In this document: positions 58,956-64,000 of the stretch, piece after piece
Numbering within the stretch: position 1 is the stretch's first letter
Layout of the letters: each line of letters opens with the position of its first letter
IMG/VR virus record: IMGVR_UViG_3300046457_000175
Location: 55,290 to 119,289 of that record
Origin: a virus
DNA length: 64,000 nt
Direction: 5' to 3' (one strand)
Notes under the pieces: generated by a model
The model's database searches: none
The model's input: the letters and a program-made list of their open reading frames with translations, nothing else
Told to the model about the DNA's origin: nothing
Translations under genes and position numbers: made by a program

Positions 58956-61223
58956 ATGGACCGCAAAGTAATCTTCCGCGACTATCAGGAGCAGGTCGCG
59001 ACCGACCACAATAACCTGCAGGACTACGTGCAGGCGGCGATGGACAACATCGTTTCCGACGCGGTGAGCGCCAGCCGGAAGTATTCCGGCCTGATGGTCT
59101 CCAAGACCGGCCAGGTCGAAGTCACCATCGGTGCAGGTCGCATTTACGACATGGGCGCAGTCTACGGACGCCGCTCTGTCCTGACGCAGTCGCTCGCCAC
59201 CTACGTGGCCGCCGCTGCCCGCCGCATCGTCACCGTCTCGGCCTTTGGCCAGGAAACGGAGACGGACATCGAGACGCGCGACTACCTGACCGACGTCGAC
59301 ACCGGCACGGTTGAGCCGCGCGCTGTGTCCATGACGGACTCCCGCGACGTCCAGTTGGTCTTCACGGCCGGCGCAGAGGCTGCTGACCCGGTCCCCCCGG
59401 CAATTCCCGCGACCCACGTCGTGATCGCCAATGTGATGCTGGACACCACGCAGGTCATCTCGATTGACATGCAGGACCAGAACGCGGTCGTTTCGACCGA
59501 CGCTCTCGACCTCCGCACCGATCTGCTGGAGGCCTTCCGCTCCATCATCGAGCCGCGCGTTACCTCGCTTGCGTCCGATCTTGCGGACCTCGCCAACCGC
59601 GTCACCGGCCTGAGCAGCCAATCCGATCTGTCCCGCGTGTATCTCGATCTGGCGCGCGTGAAGGAGAGCCTGCGCTATCCGGACGACGCTTCCGGCTTCG
59701 ACGCTGACTTCTTCCTGCTGCCGAACAAGTCGGACTACAACAACACCAAGCTGCTCGGATACGACGCGAAGGTCCAGGAGGGCATTCGCTTCAACGATGC
59801 CAACGCCAACCAGTTCGAAATTTCGCTGTTCTCGGCGAACGACCCGAACGCGGCGGCGGCCGGCGGCTATCTGATGCCGAAGTACAGCAACGTGCTGAAG
59901 ATCCAGACCGGTTCCTACACCGAGTCGCTCGGCATCGCGCAGTACGGCTACCAGGTGCATTCGATGAAGGTGGGCTACATGGCCCGCTCGCGCATCCGCT
60001 ACGGCGGCAGCTACACGGTCTGCACCAACGGCAACAGCTACGGCACGCCCGGTGAAGCTGTCCCGGCGACCAATTTGTACGACTTCTCCTCGGTGGAGTT
60101 CTCGACGGTTCAGAACAACGGCGCGACCTGGGATCATCCCTACGCCTGGTCTCGCACCGACTACTACTGGCTCGACACCTGGCAAGAGCCGTTCATGTAC
60201 GAGGTCACCACGAACCTCAACATCACGGGCGCCCAGGTTGCTCAGACCTTCCTGGTCTCGAACGACATCATCGCGACCCAGATCGGCTTCTACATCTCGG
60301 CCAAGGCCGCGAACGAAGACATCCACATCGCGCTGTGCGAAGTGACTGCCGGTCAGCCTGACCTCGAAAAGGTCTGTCTGAAGACGACCTACGCTCAGGC
60401 AAACATCGTCACGGGTTGGAACCTGTGCCCGATCCAGCCGACCTTCCTCGCGAAGGGCAAGCGGTACGCCTTCGTGTTCATTTCGAACGCGAACCACCAG
60501 ATCGGCATGACCTCGGGTCAGTCCTATCTGGACGGCACGTTCTTCTACTCGACCGATGGCATCTACTACATGGGCGACCTGACCAAGGACATGATGCTCC
60601 AGGTCTACGGCGCTCAGTTCGCTTCGTCTCAGGTCGCGATCGAGTTCGCTCCGATCAACCTCGATGGCGGCTTCCGGGATATCGACATCCTGGCTGAACA
60701 GTGGGTGCCCGGATCGTGCGAGCTGATCTACGAAATGCGGCCGAACGGTACCGGTCAGTGGCAGCCTCTGATCTCCGACAATGCCGGAGTTCTCGCAGTC
60801 GCTCCGCCGCTCGCTCAGTTCAGGGCTCGCTTCGTCGGCACCACCGACATGATGCCGATCCTGCATCTGACCGGATCGCGCGTCAGCGTGTCGCGGCCGA
60901 AGACGGCGTTCAAGCACGTCTCGACCACGATGACCGTGCCGGCGATGTCTGCCGTCGCGAACAACCTGACCTTCGTCAACTTGCTCGAAATGTTCGATCC
61001 GACGCCGCACACCTACGGCATCACGGTTCGAGTCGGATCGACGGATTACAGCCCCGTCACGACCGTTTCGAAGGTCAAGGACACGACGGCGAAGCGCTAC
61101 GAGAAGACCTACACGTTCAGTCTTCCCGGCGGCACCACGCAGTTCACGGTCTCGCAGACGGGAACCACCAACTCTCCGCAGGTGACGTACCACGTCGCCG
61201 AGCGGACCTTCTACACCAAGTAA
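58956..61223 (+). CDS. Large baseplate/tail structural protein (DUF4815-like)
   Basis: MDRKVIFRDYQEQ start; position after gpI; beta-rich. Confidence 0.7.
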   Translation: MDRKVIFRDYQEQVATDHNNLQDYVQAAMDNIVSDAVSASRKYSGLMVSKTGQVEVTIGAGRIYDMGAVYGRRSVLTQSLATYVAAAARRIVTVSAFGQETETDIETRDYLTDVDTGTVEPRAVSMTDSRDVQLVFTAGAEAADPVPPAIPATHVVIANVMLDTTQVISIDMQDQNAVVSTDALDLRTDLLEAFRSIIEPRVTSLASDLADLANRVTGLSSQSDLSRVYLDLARVKESLRYPDDASGFDADFFLLPNKSDYNNTKLLGYDAKVQEGIRFNDANANQFEISLFSANDPNAAAAGGYLMPKYSNVLKIQTGSYTESLGIAQYGYQVHSMKVGYMARSRIRYGGSYTVCTNGNSYGTPGEAVPATNLYDFSSVEFSTVQNNGATWDHPYAWSRTDYYWLDTWQEPFMYEVTTNLNITGAQVAQTFLVSNDIIATQIGFYISAKAANEDIHIALCEVTAGQPDLEKVCLKTTYAQANIVTGWNLCPIQPTFLAKGKRYAFVFISNANHQIGMTSGQSYLDGTFFYSTDGIYYMGDLTKDMMLQVYGAQFASSQVAIEFAPINLDGGFRDIDILAEQWVPGSCELIYEMRPNGTGQWQPLISDNAGVLAVAPPLAQFRARFVGTTDMMPILHLTGSRVSVSRPKTAFKHVSTTMTVPAMSAVANNLTFVNLLEMFDPTPHTYGITVRVGSTDYSPVTTVSKVKDTTAKRYEKTYTFSLPGGTTQFTVSQTGTTNSPQVTYHVAERTFYTK

Positions 61224-61232
61224 GAGGCCACC

Positions 61233-61409
61233 ATGGCAGACACCCAAACGACCCCGCAGATCGATCCGGACAAGCAGTATCGCATCAAGCTGGCTCGCGC
61301 GGTCGAGGTCGCTCCCAAGATTTGGGCGCGCCCCGGCAACGAGGTCACCCTCAAGGGCTCCGAGATCGCCCAGCACGGGGACGCAATCACCAGCTTCGAA
61401 GAGGTCTAA
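61233..61409 (+). CDS. Small tail-associated protein (58 aa)
   Basis: Own translation MADTQTTPQIDPDKQYRIKL; GAGG RBS. Confidence 0.7.
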   Translation: MADTQTTPQIDPDKQYRIKLARAVEVAPKIWARPGNEVTLKGSEIAQHGDAITSFEEV

Positions 61410-61412
61410 GCC

Positions 61413-62738
61413 ATGGCGCGCCGGTACGATCAGTACTACCGGGTAAAGCCGAGGGATAACCTCGGCGACCCCGACTATTGGAACCGGCGTTTCGAGGATA
61501 TCGATCGTCGAGTTTCTTTCAACGAAGATGGGCTCGACGCCATCGACGGATTGACGGCGTACATTGAGGGTCTCGCCCTTAACCGCCTCGATCTCGTCCT
61601 GGCGCCGGCCCTCGACAAGATCACGTTGGTGTCCGAGCAGGGATTCCTGCTCGCTCACTCCAGCTCCACGGTAACGCTCGACCTTGCCACGTCGCAGACG
61701 TTTGCAATCAGCAACGCCGCCGAGCGCGAGCTGTTTGCGCCGTCGCCGTATCTGACGATCTGCCGGGAAGGAAGCATGACGGACTATGCGTTCGCCAAGC
61801 TTCTGTCATGGGACAGGAACAGTGGCCAGCTCGTCGTTCAGCCGCTGCAGATCTATGGCGCCGCAGGCCCGTTCTCGGACTGGATCATCTATGTCGGAAC
61901 GGCAGTCTCTCAGGCTGTTGCTGACGCTCTGACCCAGGCTAAAGCCGCGCGTGACGCAGCGCTCGGTTATCGCGATCAGGCCAGTACGAACGCCGGTCTC
62001 ACTTCGGCTGATAAGACTGACATCGCCCAAATGAAGGCTGACACCCTCGCGGCTCGCGATGCGGCGCAGCTGGCGGCCGACAATGCCGGGACGTTCGATC
62101 CGACCAACTACGCGAACAAGACGTATGTCGACGGCAAGATCGCCAACCTGATCAATGCGGCCCCTGCCGCACTCGACACGCTCAAAGAGCTGTCTGACGC
62201 ACTCGGCGGGGACGCAAGCTTCTCTGCAACCATCACGGCATCGCTTGGCAATCGGCTTCGCGTCGACGTCAACACGCAGGGCCTGACCACGACCCAACAG
62301 GGGAATGGCCGGACCAACCTTGGGCTCGGCACGATCTCGACGAAGAACGTCGCTACCACCGCTGAAATCCGCAACAACACAAACGCTGGTGCTGTGACTG
62401 TCGATGGAGCATGGGCTGCGGCTGGCTTCGTCGAACTTGGAAACAGTGGTTCGGGCAACCTGAACATCGACTGTAGCCAGGGTAGTCGTTTCAGGGTCTT
62501 CCTGACTGGCAACGTGACGGTGAATTTCATCAACGCGAAGGACGGTCAGACCGTCGATGTCCACTTCATCCAAGACCCCACTGGCTCTCGCACGTTGAGT
62601 TGGAACGGGAGCATTCAGTTTCCGAACGGGGTGGTCCCTACCGTGTACACGGCGGCTAGTGCCTACGCGCTCATCTTCACGGCCATCTACACGGCGATCA
62701 ATACGCGGTGGCTCGCCGCGGGGTGGAAGGTCAACTGA
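61413..62738 (+). CDS. Tail fibre protein
   Basis: APAALDTLKEL..ALG.D..F..TI motif; C-terminal FIQD.TG.RTL.W domain. Confidence 0.88.
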   Translation: MARRYDQYYRVKPRDNLGDPDYWNRRFEDIDRRVSFNEDGLDAIDGLTAYIEGLALNRLDLVLAPALDKITLVSEQGFLLAHSSSTVTLDLATSQTFAISNAAERELFAPSPYLTICREGSMTDYAFAKLLSWDRNSGQLVVQPLQIYGAAGPFSDWIIYVGTAVSQAVADALTQAKAARDAALGYRDQASTNAGLTSADKTDIAQMKADTLAARDAAQLAADNAGTFDPTNYANKTYVDGKIANLINAAPAALDTLKELSDALGGDASFSATITASLGNRLRVDVNTQGLTTTQQGNGRTNLGLGTISTKNVATTAEIRNNTNAGAVTVDGAWAAAGFVELGNSGSGNLNIDCSQGSRFRVFLTGNVTVNFINAKDGQTVDVHFIQDPTGSRTLSWNGSIQFPNGVVPTVYTAASAYALIFTAIYTAINTRWLAAGWKVN

Positions 62739-63310
62739 TGCTGCTTCCATTCCTCAACCGTCTTCGGGTCGGGTCACTGAAGCCGCAGGTTTTCCCTGGC
62801 AGTCAGAGCTTCGGCTATGGCTCCTATGCTCCTGTCATCCAGGAATACAACACTCTGGTGTTGGAGATCTGGGGTGCAGGCGGAGGCGGCGGCAGAGCCT
62901 CCTTTGGGCCCGGAAGCGTCGCAACGGCTGGCGGAACAAGTTATTTCGCCGGACCATCGGGGACGATCTACGCTTTTGGCGGACAGGGCGGCGGCGACGG
63001 CGCTGGTAGCGATGAGCATGGTATTCCGGGCGCTCCTGGTGGTGCAAGCGGCGGCGACATCAACACCGCTGGCGCCGGCAATCCTGGTGGCGCCGGAGCT
63101 ATTTATAACGACTCCTTCTTCGGAGGAGCGGGCGGTTACGGCGGCTACGTCAGAAAGACGTGGACCTGGGGCCAGCCAGGTGCGCCGGTCGTCGCAGCTG
63201 CCTACAGCCTTGTCTGTCAGGCGGGCGGCGCTGGCGGAATCTACGATGTTAACGGGCAGCTGAACGGCCCCGGCGGTTCAAATGCTTCCGCCAGACTCAC
63301 ATGGAGCTAA
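62738..63310 (+). CDS. Glycine-rich tail fibre-associated protein (190 aa)
   Basis: EIWGAGGGGG, GGAGGYGGY. Confidence 0.75.
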   Translation: MLLPFLNRLRVGSLKPQVFPGSQSFGYGSYAPVIQEYNTLVLEIWGAGGGGGRASFGPGSVATAGGTSYFAGPSGTIYAFGGQGGGDGAGSDEHGIPGAPGGASGGDINTAGAGNPGGAGAIYNDSFFGGAGGYGGYVRKTWTWGQPGAPVVAAAYSLVCQAGGAGGIYDVNGQLNGPGGSNASARLTWS

Positions 63311-63311
63311 C

Positions 63312-63791
63312 GTGGAAATCATAGTTGTCCGCGAGACCTCACCCAATGTCTTTGAGGAGCTGCCGTGGGGCGCAACCATCGTCAATGGCGATGTTTTGCA
63401 CCCGTGGCAGATCACTGAACTCTGGAGTGATGACGATCTCGCGGTAGAGAGCATCTACCGAGTCGAGCGCGCCCCGGTCCCGTCAGACAAACGGCTGGTC
63501 AGCGAAACCTTCGCCCGCAATGCGCAAGGCAAGGTCGAGCACGTTCTGACCCTTGAAGACCTTCCGCCTCCGTCCGTCACCCCTTGGCAGATCCGGAAGG
63601 CGCTGACAGCGACTGGTCTCAGGCAGGCCGTCGAAGACTTCGTCAGCAGCCAGGATCAAGACGTCCAGGACGCTTGGCAGTACGCCTCTTCGTTCGAGTT
63701 CGACAACCCGTTCTGGGAAGCAGGAATGACGGCGCTCGGAAAGTCTCACGACGACCTCGTGGCTCTCTTCCGCTTGGCCGCATCGCTCTGA
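63312..63791 (+). CDS. Tail fibre assembly/chaperone-like protein
   Basis: SVTPWQIRKAL...GL...V, AWQYAS.F..DNPF...LG...D.LF..A. Confidence 0.7.
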   Translation: MEIIVVRETSPNVFEELPWGATIVNGDVLHPWQITELWSDDDLAVESIYRVERAPVPSDKRLVSETFARNAQGKVEHVLTLEDLPPPSVTPWQIRKALTATGLRQAVEDFVSSQDQDVQDAWQYASSFEFDNPFWEAGMTALGKSHDDLVALFRLAASL

Positions 63792-63830
63792 CCTGATCCT
63801 CCGCCCGTAACCATCAACATCCACCCCTTC

Positions 63831-63857
63831 GGCCGCCCCTAACCGGGCGGCTTTTTT
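63831..63857 (+). terminator. Rho-independent terminator
   Basis: GGCCGCCC-CTAACC-GGGCGGCT followed by T-tract. Confidence 0.85.
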
Positions 63858-63875
63858 CGTTTGGGAGAACCCTAC

Positions 63876-64000
63876 GTGACTGTTCAATATCTCCACGGCA
63901 TCGAGACGATCGAGCTCGATAGCCCCTCCGGCCCGGTCGAGACCGTCAAGTCCAACGTGATCGGCCTCGTCGGCACGGCGCCGGACGCTGACCCCGATCT
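63876..64000 (+). CDS. Tail sheath protein (P2 FI-like), 5' part
   Basis: MTVQYLHGIETIEL..PV.TV.SNVIGLVGTAPDAD. Confidence 0.9.
   Translation, partial: MTVQYLHGIETIELDSPSGPVETVKSNVIGLVGTAPDADPD

Larger units (their letters stand above)
1..64000. other. Segment of a large tailed phage genome (myovirus with P2/Mu-like tail module)
   Basis: TerL, portal, scaffold, capsid, baseplate and sheath genes; dense small ORFs with overlapping stop/start codons; no host housekeeping operon. Confidence 0.97.

Noticed and set aside
58953-61658. 901-aa minus-strand ORF, and similar long antisense ORFs (2314-3657, 35265-36815, 47761-49407, 51637-52932)
   Set aside because: Shadow frames of real genes in high-GC DNA; no RBS, motifs or operon logic
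1-64000. Prophage, integrase, IS element, reverse transcriptase/DGR or alternative genetic code
   Set aside because: No such motifs or host flanks seen; genes read normally with code 11 and no suppressor tRNA was found

Overview
The whole window is bacteriophage DNA: a large GC-rich myovirus (contractile tail), probably infecting Bradyrhizobium or a related Nitrobacteraceae host. The host is inferred from several host-like genes recognised from memory, not from a search. Positions 1-26885 are a leftward, densely packed early/accessory arm: UvrD-like helicase, a conserved two-gene pair, rIIB/rIIA, M28-like peptidase, PRTase, HD hydrolase, about 50 small ORFs and an atypical tRNA-like gene. Positions 26886-31080 form a control region with a long non-coding stretch, repeated hairpins between small genes, and an iteron/operator array at the point where transcription diverges. 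Positions 31082-64000 are rightward: membrane microproteins, a polysaccharide-depolymerase/esterase module, five canonical-looking tRNAs interspersed with densely structured non-coding segments, holin-like gene, thioredoxin, terS, a ParA-like ATPase, terL, portal, scaffold, major capsid, Mu-like neck genes, P2-like baseplate V/W/J/I, tail fibres and the start of the tail sheath. No integrase, CRISPR array, reverse transcriptase or IS element was seen. The most unusual signals are non-coding: a tRNA-Ser(AGA)-like RNA, a closed RNA fold of about 290 nt, GGGAY-loop hairpins before the scaffold gene, covarying GNA-triloop hairpins between small genes, and a genome-wide palindromic operator. All protein family calls come from motif recognition by eye and RNA folds from manual pairing; no database search or folding program was run.
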